Origin: Hellea sp.
Lineage (GTDB): Bacteria > Pseudomonadota > Alphaproteobacteria > Caulobacterales > Maricaulaceae
DNA: 64,000 nucleotides
NCBI GenBank assembly: GCA_020629135.1
Contig: JAHDDX010000003.1
Location: 19,581-83,580 of the forward strand
Direction of reading: 5' to 3'
The translations under genes and the position numbers were made by a program. Position 1 is the stretch's first letter. Every line of letters begins with the position of its first letter. The notes under the pieces were generated by a model. The model saw only the letters and a list, made by a program, of their open reading frames with translations, searched no databases and had not been told where the DNA came from. Below are positions 48,818 through 59,153 of the stretch, one piece after another.

Positions 48818-50212
48818 ATGAAACATGACATTTTGATTGTCGAAGACGAAGACGATATTCGAGAAATGATTGCCGGTATTTTGGCTGATGAGGGCTATGG
48901 GGTCCGAACGGCTGGAACCAGTGATGCGGCCTTGGATGAGGTCAAAGCCCGGGTGCCTTCGCTTATTGTTCTGGATGTCTGGTTGAAAGGAAGTTCAATG
49001 GATGGGATTGAACTTTTGGACGTTTTGAAACGGGACCATGCTGACTTACCTGTTATCGTTATTAGCGGCCATGGAACGGTGGAAACAGCCGTCTCTGCTA
49101 TTCGCAAAGGGGCATTTGATTATATTGTTAAGCCTTTCAAATCGGAAAAGCTTTTGGTGACCGTCAGTCGGGCTCTTGAAAATGCCCGATTACGCCGTGA
49201 AAATGCTGAGCTAAAGGGCCGAACTGTCGCGGATGATTCCTTAATCGGGCATTCTCCCGTCATTTCGCAGATCAGGGCTAAGTTAGCGCGTATTGCCCCT
49301 ACCAATAGCCGGGTCATGATATACGGGCCGTCAGGGTCAGGAAAAGAACTCGTTGCCCGATTGATACATGGTCATTCGGGCCGCTCAGGCGGGCCGTTCA
49401 TCGCAGTAAATGCAGCATCGATGGTGCCAGAGCGCGTTGAGCAGGAGTTGTTTGGAGTTGTTTCTGAGGATGGCCAGAGCATCAAGCCGGGCCTTTTGGA
49501 AATGGCGCATAATGGGACGCTTTATTTAGACGAAGTCGGTGATATGCCGCTTGAAACGCAGGGGAAATTGCTCCGATTATTACTAGAACAGAAATTTCAA
49601 CGGGTGGGCGGCGTGGACCATGTGCAGGTTGACGTTCGAGTTATCACATCAACGTCGCGTGATTTAGAGGCCGAGTCGCGGATTGGAAATTTCAGAGAAG
49701 ATTTGTTTCACAGGCTAAATGTGATGCCATTGGCAGTGCCGTCCTTGAAAGAGCGCCGGGAAGATATTCCGGATCTTGTGAACCACTTTATCACTCGTCT
49801 TTCCGCATCGACCGGTTTGCCGCCACGTTCAATCGGCCCGGACGCTATGGCTGCTCTGCAGGCCCATGGGTGGCCAGGTAATGTGAGGCAGCTCCGTAAC
49901 AATGTTGAACGGCTTCTTATTCTGGCGACCGGGGATCCCGCAGACCCTATTACCCTGGATACTTTGCCGCCTGAGGTATCGGTTGTCCGGACCGGAGCCC
50001 GGCAGGATTCGAACGATAAAATAATAGCTATGCCGCTGCGAGATGCCCGGGAACATTTTGAGCGCGACTATCTTGAAGCGCAGATTGAGCGCTTTGGCGG
50101 CAATATTTCCAAGACTGCCAGTTTTGTCGGTATGGAAAGATCAGCCTTGCACCGAAAACTAAAATCATTAGGAGTGACCCCATCAAAACGAGCTGATGGG
50201 GAAGGTCAGTGA
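48818..50212 (+). CDS. ntrX: Response regulator NtrX
   Basis: Receiver domain, AAA+ domain (GPSGSGKE, LYLDEVG, WPGNVRQLRN) and a C-terminal HTH. It lacks a GAFTGA motif, as I recall is usual for NtrX (from memory). Confidence 0.87.
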   Translation: MKHDILIVEDEDDIREMIAGILADEGYGVRTAGTSDAALDEVKARVPSLIVLDVWLKGSSMDGIELLDVLKRDHADLPVIVISGHGTVETAVSAIRKGAFDYIVKPFKSEKLLVTVSRALENARLRRENAELKGRTVADDSLIGHSPVISQIRAKLARIAPTNSRVMIYGPSGSGKELVARLIHGHSGRSGGPFIAVNAASMVPERVEQELFGVVSEDGQSIKPGLLEMAHNGTLYLDEVGDMPLETQGKLLRLLLEQKFQRVGGVDHVQVDVRVITSTSRDLEAESRIGNFREDLFHRLNVMPLAVPSLKERREDIPDLVNHFITRLSASTGLPPRSIGPDAMAALQAHGWPGNVRQLRNNVERLLILATGDPADPITLDTLPPEVSVVRTGARQDSNDKIIAMPLRDAREHFERDYLEAQIERFGGNISKTASFVGMERSALHRKLKSLGVTPSKRADGEGQ

Positions 50213-51582
50213 AAGTTATAATCTGCGGGGCAGGGCGTGTTGGACATGGTATCGCAACACGTTTGTCGGTTGAAAACAACACGGTTACCGTGGTTGATCT
50301 GGCGCCTGACTTAATAAGGAATATTACAACAGAACTCGACGTGCGCGGTGTGGTTGGGCACGGCGCCTATCCAGACGTTTTAAAAGCAGCCGGTGTTGAA
50401 ACAGCCGACATGGTCATTGCCGTGACCCATTCGGACGAAGTCAATATGGTGGCCTGTCAGGTTGCGCATTCACTATTTAACGTGCCGACTAAGGTTGCTC
50501 GAATTCGGTCGCAATCTTATTTGGGCAATGAATGGAATGATTTGTATAGTCGTGCAAATATGCCAATCGACATCATCATTTCGCCAGAGGTCGAAATCGG
50601 CAAGTCGATTTTAAGGCGTCTGAATACACCTGGCGCATTTAACGTGGTTCCCTTTGCAGAGGGACGGGTTAAATTACTGGCATTGGAAATCGAAGAAGAT
50701 TGCCCCATTATTAATATGCCGATCCGGCAAATTCCGGATTTGTTTCCAGACCTTCATGCAAAAATTGTCGGGGTCCGGCGCGAAAGCCGTATTTTTGCTC
50801 CGTCACCAGATGATCCTTTATATGTGGGTGATTCCGCCTATTTTATTGTTCGGACCGAAGATGCGACGCGCCTGCTTGATATTATTGGGAATAATACCGA
50901 CCGTGCGCGCCATATCGTTATTATCGGGGGTGGCAATATTGGGGCTTATGTTGCCAATGAACTCGAAGACGTTTCAGGCATACGGACGCGAATTATCGAA
51001 CAGAATAAGAAAAAGGCCGAACGGGCCGCCGTCAATCTCAAGCAAACCGTTATCCTAAACGGTGACGCTATGAATGCAGAGATACAGGAAGAAGCCGGTG
51101 TTCAGAATGCGGAATTGGTTTTGTGTCTGACCAATGATGATAAAACGAATATATTGGCCGGCGTATTAGCTAAGAAATTAGGGGCTAAAAATACGATTAG
51201 CTTGATCAATGAAGTCTCAATGCAGGACCTTCAGTCGGAACTGGGAATTGATATGGTTATTGATCCACGTGCAACGACAGTTTCGTCTATTTTACGACAT
51301 GTCAGACGAGGCCGAATTTTAGATGTTTATACGCTGATGGATGGTAGCGCCGAAGTCATAGAAGGCGAAGTTTTAGAATCGTCGCCATTAGCTGGAAAGC
51401 GTCTTGACGAAGCCGGTGATTTTGAAGGCATTTCAATTGGCGCCATTATTAGTGATGGCAAAGTTATCTATCCTACGGGTAGCTATGTCGCCAAAGTAGG
51501 TGATCACGTCGTCCTTTTGGCTGAAAAATCCAGTTTGCGTGATGTTGAGCAGTTATTCCGAGTCAATCTGGATTACTTTTAA
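50209..51582 (+). CDS. trkA: Trk system potassium uptake protein TrkA
   Basis: 457 aa with two RCK/NAD-binding modules (IICGAGRVG, IIGGGNIG). The GTG start overlaps the ntrX stop (GTGA). Confidence 0.92.
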   Translation: MKVIICGAGRVGHGIATRLSVENNTVTVVDLAPDLIRNITTELDVRGVVGHGAYPDVLKAAGVETADMVIAVTHSDEVNMVACQVAHSLFNVPTKVARIRSQSYLGNEWNDLYSRANMPIDIIISPEVEIGKSILRRLNTPGAFNVVPFAEGRVKLLALEIEEDCPIINMPIRQIPDLFPDLHAKIVGVRRESRIFAPSPDDPLYVGDSAYFIVRTEDATRLLDIIGNNTDRARHIVIIGGGNIGAYVANELEDVSGIRTRIIEQNKKKAERAAVNLKQTVILNGDAMNAEIQEEAGVQNAELVLCLTNDDKTNILAGVLAKKLGAKNTISLINEVSMQDLQSELGIDMVIDPRATTVSSILRHVRRGRILDVYTLMDGSAEVIEGEVLESSPLAGKRLDEAGDFEGISIGAIISDGKVIYPTGSYVAKVGDHVVLLAEKSSLRDVEQLFRVNLDYF

Positions 51583-51584
51583 AT

Positions 51585-53018
51585 ATGGCCATTAACCGGC
51601 TATTTTTGTGGCTCGGGCAATGCCTTGCAATAATTGCTGTCTTTATGGCCATTACGGCTCTTTCCGGGCTTCTGTTTCAAGATGTCAGCCTCGCAATATT
51701 GTTTGCGGTTTTGTCTATCGTCATTGGCTTGCTGGGTTCGATATTTATTTTCGCAACGCGAAACATTCCGGCCAAAGAAACTAAGACGGATGCATTGGCA
51801 TTCCTCTTAGTGTTCTGGGTCGTTATACCGTTATTTGTTGCAATTCCATTTCGATTAAGCGGGGCCGCGCCCACAATCACGATCGCCTTTTTTGAAGCCG
51901 TATCTGCGATCACGACGACCGGGGCGTCGACCCTAGATGCAGATAATTTAGCGCGAACATTACACATTTGGCGAAGTCTCATCCAATGGGCTGGTGGGGT
52001 TGTAGTTGCGACTTTTGCGGTGGTTATTTTGGCTGCCTTGAATTTGAAAGGCACGGGTATTCACAGGTCGATGCTATTTACCTTCAAAAAAGGTGAATTG
52101 TTTTCGCGAATCTCAGGGATCGGGAAAGCAATTGCCGGGGTATACGGCGTAATTTCCTTTACGACCTTTGTTTTCTTAGTCGTGTCCGGAACCCCTGTTT
52201 TTGAAGCGTTTTGCTTATCGTTGACCTCTGTATCAACGGGCGGTCTCATGCCCAGCGAAGGAATGTTAAATAGCTATGTAAATCCGATTGGGATTTTTGC
52301 TCTGTGTATGGCCTGCTTATTGGGCGCTTTTAACGTTTCAATTTTGTGGGATTTCGTAAGAATTCGAACAGGACAAAACCTGTTTGCGATTATTCGCAAT
52401 GTCGAACATCGCACTTTGTTGGGAATAATCGCATTTTTGTTTTTATTGGGCGTATTATATACGGATCTAGGCCAATTAGGGACTTTGTTACCTGAGGCCG
52501 TTTTTTTCGCCACGACCACGGGTTATGACTACCACGTGATCGGCTTGGAAATGGTTCCTCCGATTATATTGATTATGTTCGCCTTAGTTGGAGGCTCGGC
52601 CTTGTCGACAGCCGGTGGTGTTAAGCTGATCAGAATATTGCTTTTGTTCAGGCATTTTGAAACCGATCTCAGCCGGCTGACACATCCATCTCGCGTTGTG
52701 CCTGTTCGGTTCAGGGGCCAAATTATTCCGGACGAAGCATTTCTGTCGATTTGGATGTATTTCTTTGGCTATACATTTGTTTTTGCAATGGGAATTTTAT
52801 CTTTGAGTGCGGTTGGGATGACCTTCCCTACAGCCGTTACCGCGAGTGCGGCGACCCTTAGTAATATGGGGCCATTATTGGATTACACTTTGCCGGTAGC
52901 CGGATACGAATCGTTCTCCAATAGCCAACTCTTTATAACCTGCGTCCTTATGTTGATTGGCCGGGTTGAGGTTCTGGCCTTTTTATCGATATTGTCCCCT
53001 AAAATGTGGAAAAATTAG
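51585..53018 (+). CDS. trkH: Trk system potassium transporter TrkH
   Basis: 477 aa, polytopic, with repeated selectivity-filter-like TTTG/STGG motifs. Confidence 0.9.
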   Translation: MAINRLFLWLGQCLAIIAVFMAITALSGLLFQDVSLAILFAVLSIVIGLLGSIFIFATRNIPAKETKTDALAFLLVFWVVIPLFVAIPFRLSGAAPTITIAFFEAVSAITTTGASTLDADNLARTLHIWRSLIQWAGGVVVATFAVVILAALNLKGTGIHRSMLFTFKKGELFSRISGIGKAIAGVYGVISFTTFVFLVVSGTPVFEAFCLSLTSVSTGGLMPSEGMLNSYVNPIGIFALCMACLLGAFNVSILWDFVRIRTGQNLFAIIRNVEHRTLLGIIAFLFLLGVLYTDLGQLGTLLPEAVFFATTTGYDYHVIGLEMVPPIILIMFALVGGSALSTAGGVKLIRILLLFRHFETDLSRLTHPSRVVPVRFRGQIIPDEAFLSIWMYFFGYTFVFAMGILSLSAVGMTFPTAVTASAATLSNMGPLLDYTLPVAGYESFSNSQLFITCVLMLIGRVEVLAFLSILSPKMWKN

Positions 53019-53112
53019 GTTTTTGATGCAGTTAAGTCTATCGAAGGCTCTTGCAAAACCACCCAAACGACACTTAAATATGGATAACAATAATAATATT
53101 GAAGGTGTTACC

Positions 53113-53364
53113 ATGTCGGGTGAACGAAAACAAAACTTACAAGACGCATTCCTGAATTCGGTTCGCAAATCAAAATTACCCCTGACAATCTTTTTGATGA
53201 ATGGTGTTAAACTGCAAGGTGTGGTGACCTGGTTTGACAATTTTTGTGTCCTGCTCCGACGTGATGGACAGGTTCAATTGGTTTATAAGCATGCGATTTC
53301 GACAATTATGCCGTCTGGTCCGGTTCAATTGTTTGACCCAGAAGTGGTAGACGACGCAGATTGA
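53113..53364 (+). CDS. hfq: RNA chaperone Hfq
   Basis: 83 aa, [15 protein letters not shown]...[17 protein letters not shown]...[11 protein letters not shown] (Sm1/Sm2 motifs), with a GAAGGTG RBS. The track ORF (52957) is an in-frame upstream extension that overlaps trkH. Confidence 0.95.
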   Translation: MSGERKQNLQDAFLNSVRKSKLPLTIFLMNGVKLQGVVTWFDNFCVLLRRDGQVQLVYKHAISTIMPSGPVQLFDPEVVDDAD

Positions 53365-54689
53365 GTTCGTCCTTGATTTCACAGGAAGCGAAGCCTGACC
53401 GCGCGATTGTTTTACATCCGCGCGTGCATCAAAGCGCAGCGATTGCAGAATATGACTTAGAAGAGGCGTCGGGTCTTGCTGAGGCACTTGGGGTTGAGTT
53501 AGCCCATGCCGAAATCATCCCGATCCGTTCCATTCATGTCGGCAATTATTTGGGCGGTGGTAAGATCGCGGAAATCAAAGCGCGAATTGGTGAGAGTAAA
53601 GCCAATATAATCGTGCTCAATTCAGATTTGTCACCTATTCAGCAAAGAAATTTAGAAAAAATCTGGAACGTCAAAGTCATTGATCGTACTGGACTAATCC
53701 TTGAGATATTTGGCTTACGCGCCGCAACGAAAGAGGGGCGATTGCAGGTCGAATTGGCGCGTCTGTCCTATGAACGCTCTCGTCTGGTCAGGACTTGGAC
53801 CCATTTGGAACGTCAACGAGGCGGTCAGGGGTTCCTGGCGGGACCCGGTGAAACTCAGATTGAGGCCGACCGTCGGGTACTTAACGATAAAATGACCAAG
53901 ATCCGGCGTCAGCTCGAACAGGTCCGCCGAACACGTGGTTTGCAGCGCCGCCAACGTAAGCGTGCGCCAGAGAAGGTTGTGGCTTTGGTCGGCTACACAA
54001 ATGCCGGTAAGTCGACAATATTCAACCGCCTGACAGAGGGTGATGTTCTGGCCAAAGACATGTTGTTTGCGACGCTGGACACCACGCACCGTATACTCCC
54101 ATTGCCAAATGGGCGCCCGGCAATTTTATCAGACACAGTTGGATTTATTGCCAACTTGCCGACGGATTTGATTTCCGCCTTTCGCGCAACCTTGGAAGAA
54201 GTCAAGGAAGCGGATTTGATCTTACATGTGCGGGATATCTCTGACCCACTCAGCGAGCGACGCTGTGAAGAGGTGCTTGAAGTCTTGGCGCAAATTGAAG
54301 CCGGTCCTGAATTTGAACAACCGATTATTGAGATCTGGAATAAATCCGACGCGTTAAGTGAGGTTGAAAGACAGGCTTTAACTGAGCGTGCCGATGCAAC
54401 GCAACAATTTGACGATATGACATCGGCCTTTTTAGTCAGCGCGATTACAGGAGAGGGTGTTCAAGAAATGCTTCACGGCATTCAAAGTCATCTCAGTGCT
54501 CAGGACGACGTGATCAAAGTTCAAATTAGTCCCAAAGATTTCGAAGTCAGGGCCTGGTTACATAGACATGGACATGTCATTGATGAGCAGATGGATGAAA
54601 AGGGGACCTATCTGATTCACGTGCAATTAGACGATGCCGAGGTCGGAAAGCTAAAAGCACGTCATCCGAAACTGGTGGTTGCCGCTTAA
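53361..54689 (+). CDS. hflX: GTPase HflX
   Basis: 442 aa. HflX N-domain, G1 [10 protein letters not shown]3 DTVGF, G4 NKSD. The start is uncertain: the TTG at 53361 overlaps the hfq stop. Confidence 0.92.
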   Translation: MSSSLISQEAKPDRAIVLHPRVHQSAAIAEYDLEEASGLAEALGVELAHAEIIPIRSIHVGNYLGGGKIAEIKARIGESKANIIVLNSDLSPIQQRNLEKIWNVKVIDRTGLILEIFGLRAATKEGRLQVELARLSYERSRLVRTWTHLERQRGGQGFLAGPGETQIEADRRVLNDKMTKIRRQLEQVRRTRGLQRRQRKRAPEKVVALVGYTNAGKSTIFNRLTEGDVLAKDMLFATLDTTHRILPLPNGRPAILSDTVGFIANLPTDLISAFRATLEEVKEADLILHVRDISDPLSERRCEEVLEVLAQIEAGPEFEQPIIEIWNKSDALSEVERQALTERADATQQFDDMTSAFLVSAITGEGVQEMLHGIQSHLSAQDDVIKVQISPKDFEVRAWLHRHGHVIDEQMDEKGTYLIHVQLDDAEVGKLKARHPKLVVAA

Positions 54690-55502
54690 TTATTTTCGTT
54701 TAGCGGCCTGCCAAAGCGCTTCCATCTCGTCCAAACTCATGGCGTTGATATCTTTTTCGGATTTCCTGGCTTCCCGTTCAATATGATGAAAGCGGTCTGT
54801 GAATTTCTGGTTGGTTTTGCGCAGGGCCTCTTCGGGGTCGACGCCCAATTTTCTGGCCAGATTAGTAACCGCAAATAAAAGATCTCCCATTTCTTCTTCG
54901 ATTTGTTCTTGCGAGCCGTCAGCGGACGCGTCCGCCAATTCTTGCGCCTCTTCAACAATTTTGTCGGTCACACCTTCAAGCGATGGCCAGTCAAAGCCGA
55001 CCAGGGCCGCCCGTTTTTGAAGTTTTTCCGCCCGCATTAATGCGGGTAAAGCCAAAGCAACACCATCCAGGACACTTGAAGTTTCGTCGGTCTTTTTTGC
55101 AGCGCGCTCTTCGGCTTTTGCCTGCTCCCAGGCAATGGTCTGAACTTCGGCACTCTCCCGTTGGCCCTCGGCGCCAAAAACATGAGGATGCCGCCGAACC
55201 ATTTTCTGGGTCAGTCCATCACAAACATCATCAAGGTCAAAGGCTCCGATTTCTTCGGCCATCCGAGCATGAAAAACGACCTGAAATACAAGGTCTCCCA
55301 ATTCCTCTTTGAGAGATACCATATCGTTCTGGCGTATGGCTTCGCTGACCTCATAGGCCTCTTCAATGGTATAGGGGGCGATGGTTTCAAACGTTTGTTC
55401 AACGTCCCAAGGACAGCCTGTATTTGGCGTTCGCAGGCGTTTCATCAATTCGCGCATACGGTCATAAGGGGTTGGCCCGAGATCGTCGATTTCGTTGCTC
55501 AC
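54690..55502 (-). CDS. mazG: Nucleoside triphosphate pyrophosphohydrolase MazG
   Basis: 270 aa with two MazG repeats (EEAYEVSEAI...EELGDLVFQ and EEAQELAD...EEMGDLLFA). The GTG start overlaps the ccmD stop. Confidence 0.9.
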   Translation of the reverse strand: MSNEIDDLGPTPYDRMRELMKRLRTPNTGCPWDVEQTFETIAPYTIEEAYEVSEAIRQNDMVSLKEELGDLVFQVVFHARMAEEIGAFDLDDVCDGLTQKMVRRHPHVFGAEGQRESAEVQTIAWEQAKAEERAAKKTDETSSVLDGVALALPALMRAEKLQKRAALVGFDWPSLEGVTDKIVEEAQELADASADGSQEQIEEEMGDLLFAVTNLARKLGVDPEEALRKTNQKFTDRFHHIEREARKSEKDINAMSLDEMEALWQAAKRK

Positions 55503-55603
55503 TTTCGGTTTCTAACCGTATGCCAGATCAATCCGCCTAACGCAGTAACAGATATGCCGTAGGCGGCAAGAATAAAGACCGTATGATGCCCGAAATCCAA
55601 CAT
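55499..55603 (-). CDS. ccmD: Heme exporter protein CcmD (small membrane protein, absent from the ORF track)
   Basis: Own translation: MLDFGHHTVFILAAYGISVTALGGLIWHTVRNRK (34 aa), with one TM helix and a basic tail. The ATG overlaps the ccmC stop (TAATG) and the stop overlaps the mazG GTG (GTGA). This is the canonical position after ccmC. Confidence 0.7.
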   Translation of the reverse strand: MLDFGHHTVFILAAYGISVTALGGLIWHTVRNRK

Positions 55604-56343
55604 TACAAGGTCTCCAATTTGATCTTGGAGGCTGGTTTTTGCGAAGCCCGCTTGGCCTGCCGTCGTAATATATCTGTTTTAATCTGGGTGAGCGAGAGCC
55701 AGGCAAACAACATGGTATAGGCGAGGGTCATCACGGCTAAGGGCCAGGCCATTTCGGCAGGTAAACCCGGCGCGCCAATATTGGAAATAGTGGCCGGTTG
55801 ATGAAGGCTGTTCCACCATTCGACTGAAAACTTTATAATCGGGAGATTGATTGCGCCAACCATGGCGAAAATGGCCGCTATACGGCGGGTGCGGGTTTCG
55901 TCTTCCATAAAGGACCACAAACACAAATAGGCTAAATAGATAAATAATAAGACTAGAACTGAGGTCATTCGGCCATCCCATTGCCACCATGTCCCCCAGG
56001 TTGGTTTGCCCCAAAGACTGCCTGTGGCCAGCGCCAAAAACGTAAACACTGCGCCGTTTAAGGCAAATGCCTTTGCCGCACTATCTGCTAGTGAATGGCG
56101 CCAGACAAAACTGACAAAGCTAGCGATCGCTAAAGCTGCATAGGCCATCATTGCCGACCATGCGGCGGGGACGTGAACATACATGATCCGAACAGATTCC
56201 CCTTGGACTTCATCCGCAGGCGAGTTGAACAAGCCCAGCCAGATGCCTATGACAAAACAAAGGGCCGCGACAGTTCCGAAGATAGGCGCGGCAATGCGTT
56301 CGAAATTTAGAAAACGCTTTGGGTTGGCCAGGTAATTGATCAT
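55603..56343 (-). CDS. ccmC: Heme exporter protein CcmC
   Basis: 246 aa with the Trp-rich motif WGKPTWGTWWQWDGRMT. Confidence 0.93.
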   Translation of the reverse strand: MINYLANPKRFLNFERIAAPIFGTVAALCFVIGIWLGLFNSPADEVQGESVRIMYVHVPAAWSAMMAYAALAIASFVSFVWRHSLADSAAKAFALNGAVFTFLALATGSLWGKPTWGTWWQWDGRMTSVLVLLFIYLAYLCLWSFMEDETRTRRIAAIFAMVGAINLPIIKFSVEWWNSLHQPATISNIGAPGLPAEMAWPLAVMTLAYTMLFAWLSLTQIKTDILRRQAKRASQKPASKIKLETL

Positions 56344-56345
56344 GA

Positions 56346-57002
56346 TTATTCCAAATTGGCTTTCAGTGCCGCTGCTGCCGCCGGTAATCCGATGGCAAGT
56401 GCGATGAGGTTTATACCGAGCAGGGCTTTAAACTCAACGGCTCTTAGGCCTTCCATCATATAAGAGTTGATTGCAGCCGTCCCAAAAATGAGCACCGGAA
56501 TTACGAGTGGCGCGATAACTAAAATGACAAGGAAACTGGCTGAATTCATTCTTCCCAAGAGTGCACCTGACAAAACGCCATAGGCGATAAGGGCCGGCGC
56601 GGAAACTAAAAGCGATATCCCAATCGCGGAAATCAATCCCGTCGATAGTGACATGATCAAGCCCGCAATTGGTAAAATAACCAGAAAGGGCAAGAAAGAG
56701 GTCAGGAAAAATGTAACAGCCTTAGCCGAGACAATGTTCAAATTGCCAACTCCGGACAATTGTAGAGCTTCAAGAGTTCCGTCCTGGAAATCCGTTTGAA
56801 AAAGCGAGGTGAAATTTAAAAACAAGCTGAACAAGACGCCAATCCAAATCAATGGACCCGCAATTTCCGTTTGCAAAGTGCCGCCCGGGTTAAGGGCGAG
56901 TACACAAAGGGTGATAAATAGGATGAAGAAAAACGGGCCCTGCCACCATGAAAATTTATTCCGCCAGGCCAGCTTTAAATCTCGAATGATTATATCGCCC
57001 AT
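56346..57002 (-). CDS. ccmB: Heme exporter protein CcmB
   Basis: 218 aa, 6 TM segments, positioned between ccmA and ccmC. Confidence 0.9.
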   Translation of the reverse strand: MGDIIIRDLKLAWRNKFSWWQGPFFFILFITLCVLALNPGGTLQTEIAGPLIWIGVLFSLFLNFTSLFQTDFQDGTLEALQLSGVGNLNIVSAKAVTFFLTSFLPFLVILPIAGLIMSLSTGLISAIGISLLVSAPALIAYGVLSGALLGRMNSASFLVILVIAPLVIPVLIFGTAAINSYMMEGLRAVEFKALLGINLIALAIGLPAAAAALKANLE

Positions 57003-57622
57003 CAGCTAAGCTCCAATGACAGGCTTTGGGCTGAAATACCGAGTGAGCGTAAAAGACGATGTGTGGCCAGCAATACAGCTCCGCCCGAACGAACATGTTC
57101 GGTGATCAGGTTCAAAATCAAATCTTGGCCAGATTTGTCAATTGCCGCCATTGGTTCATCCATGATCCAAACCGGTTTTTCGCTGATGATCAGTCTGGCA
57201 ATTGAAAGGCGGCGTTTTTGGCCCGCGGATAATTGTCCGCAACGTAAATCTCGTCGTTCGGTCAACTGAACAAGGCTTAAAATGTCTGAGAGTTTTTGTT
57301 CGGAATTATAGGTATCAATCCAAAACTCTAAATCTTCGGAAACCGTAAGGTCAGATTTCAAGGCGTCCTGGTGGCCCTGATAGACCACAATGTCTTCCGG
57401 GGCACAAAACTCGTCGGTCTCAGACCAGGTGACTTCACCGCTTGTGGGGACGCGAAATCCTGTGGCCAATGTCAAAATTGTCGTTTTACCCGATCCATTG
57501 GCGCCGTGCAGCCAGATGAGCTGTCCTGGGCATAGTTCAAAAGACAAACCGTCAAAAAGGGTCAAGTCACCCCGTGACGCCGCTACTTGGTCGAATTTAA
57601 GTTTATAGTCGAAAAACGTCAT
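57002..57622 (-). CDS. ccmA: Cytochrome c biogenesis heme ABC exporter, ATP-binding protein CcmA
   Basis: Walker A GANGSGKTT, signature LSAGQKRRLSIA, Walker B VWIMDEP. Confidence 0.9.
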   Translation of the reverse strand: MTFFDYKLKFDQVAASRGDLTLFDGLSFELCPGQLIWLHGANGSGKTTILTLATGFRVPTSGEVTWSETDEFCAPEDIVVYQGHQDALKSDLTVSEDLEFWIDTYNSEQKLSDILSLVQLTERRDLRCGQLSAGQKRRLSIARLIISEKPVWIMDEPMAAIDKSGQDLILNLITEHVRSGGAVLLATHRLLRSLGISAQSLSLELS

Positions 57623-57726
57623 ATTGAATCAGAACTATTGTTCAGGTTCACAGTGACGCAGGCGATTTGAATTTACAAGTGCGCGATATCGCGCCATTTT
57701 CATGTCAATTGAATAAGGAAAAGGTC

Positions 57727-58158
57727 ATGAGGCCCCGTCATAGAAATAAGCGCATATTATTAGTCCTAGCCATTGGATCGGCGTTGGTCGCCGGGACCGG
57801 GTTTTTAATGAGCGCACTAAACGACAATACCCAGTTTTTTTATAATCCCTCAGAGGTTGTTGCTTCAGATTTTATTCCCGAGTCAGATGAATTTCGAATT
57901 GGCGGCATCGTCAACCCCGGGACGGTCACCCAAACAGGCGATTTAACGATCGCATTTGAAGTGATCGATTTCGTAGAAGATTTTGATGGCTCACCACTAA
58001 ATGATGCGGTCGTGCCAGTCAGATATACGGGTGTCGTCCCTGATCTATTTCAGGAAGGGAAGGGCGTCGTTGTGGGCGGATCGCTGGAGGCTGGGTTGTT
58101 TGTGGCAAATGAAGTGCTCGCCAAGCACGACGAAAATTATCAACCGAAAAAAGATTAA
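57727..58158 (+). CDS. ccmE: Cytochrome c-type biogenesis heme chaperone CcmE
   Basis: N-terminal anchor RHRNKRILLVLAIGSALVA, an OB-fold body and the heme-binding AKHDENYQP motif. Start at ATG 57727 (AAGGAAAAGG RBS). The track ORF begins at 57667. Confidence 0.92.
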   Translation: MRPRHRNKRILLVLAIGSALVAGTGFLMSALNDNTQFFYNPSEVVASDFIPESDEFRIGGIVNPGTVTQTGDLTIAFEVIDFVEDFDGSPLNDAVVPVRYTGVVPDLFQEGKGVVVGGSLEAGLFVANEVLAKHDENYQPKKD

Positions 58159-58360
58159 GTGCTGAAAAAACTATCAGCAGGTGGCTCAATCGATGTGGGG
58201 CAACCAAACCACCTGCCTTAGTCCTCAAAATGAGAACAGATGGCGTTATGGCAAGCTTTCATAGAAAAACAAATCAAAAAGTCTGGATTTCTCAAAATAT
58301 TGAGAAATTGTACAATATATTGTAAATTCTTGGCCGAACGAGACTGCCTTTTCAACGGAC

Positions 58361-58930
58361 TTACTCGGTTGACCCAGCCTTCGATTCGCTGCGCCGAGCT
58401 TTCCAATAATTGTAACAGAGAAAAAGTATAACGATCGGAATACCAATCGCGGGCAAGGCCCATTTGAGATGCTCACCTAATATTGTACCCAGCAAATGAC
58501 AAATGCCAAAAGCCAGAGCGACGTAAACCAGCGCCGTTATCGCGATATATAGACAATATTTGATATAGTTGACGTGGAAGTAACCGCAAGCGACATAGGC
58601 CGGAATACGGGTCAGCGGAATAAATCTGGCAGCAAACAAGGTTGCCAGCAGGTTTGTCTGAACTTTATCTTTAAGGTCGGTGACGTGTTTTTTCTCGGCA
58701 TAATGAGCAAAGCGTTTGACCTTGAGCGCGTAATAGCCAGGCCAGTATTTCCAGATATCTGATAAAAACAGACCAACATAAATTGCGATAAACAATGGAA
58801 GAGGGCGCCCCATACCACTTGCTGATGCTGTCGCGGCAAAGGCAACTGCAGCGTCTTCTTGCCAAAATGGACCTAGAAAAGCGAACCAATAAACCCAATA
58901 AGGTGTCGATTCGCGTAGAAAATCTAACAA
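58361..58930 (-). CDS. DedA/VTT-domain family membrane protein
   Basis: 189 aa, polytopic. GLFLSDIWKYWPGYY and ARFIPLTRIPAYVACG resemble the DedA family signatures. Confidence 0.55.
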   Translation of the reverse strand: MLDFLRESTPYWVYWFAFLGPFWQEDAAVAFAATASASGMGRPLPLFIAIYVGLFLSDIWKYWPGYYALKVKRFAHYAEKKHVTDLKDKVQTNLLATLFAARFIPLTRIPAYVACGYFHVNYIKYCLYIAITALVYVALAFGICHLLGTILGEHLKWALPAIGIPIVILFLCYNYWKARRSESKAGSTE

Positions 58931-59153
58931 GACCTTGGCCTTTCCGGGCTAAAAATTTCGGCGAACATGCAAATATTGGACGTTTATGCAAGCCCCGACT
59001 GAAAATTAAGGTATTTTCCTTAATCTCGCATGTTGCCTATTGCCAGACAAAGTGACATAAGGCGCTCCAAATTTTACCTGCACAGCCCAAGTTATGCAGA
59101 GCGTACAACTGAGACGTTCGTTTAACTGGATTATAAATTGGATGGAAGTCGAC

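Noticed and set aside
52957-53112. An N-terminal extension of hfq in the ORF track (135 aa, starting inside trkH).
   Set aside because: Hfq homology starts at [10 protein letters not shown] (ATG 53113), which has a good RBS. The extension overlaps the trkH 3' end and has no Hfq-like sequence.
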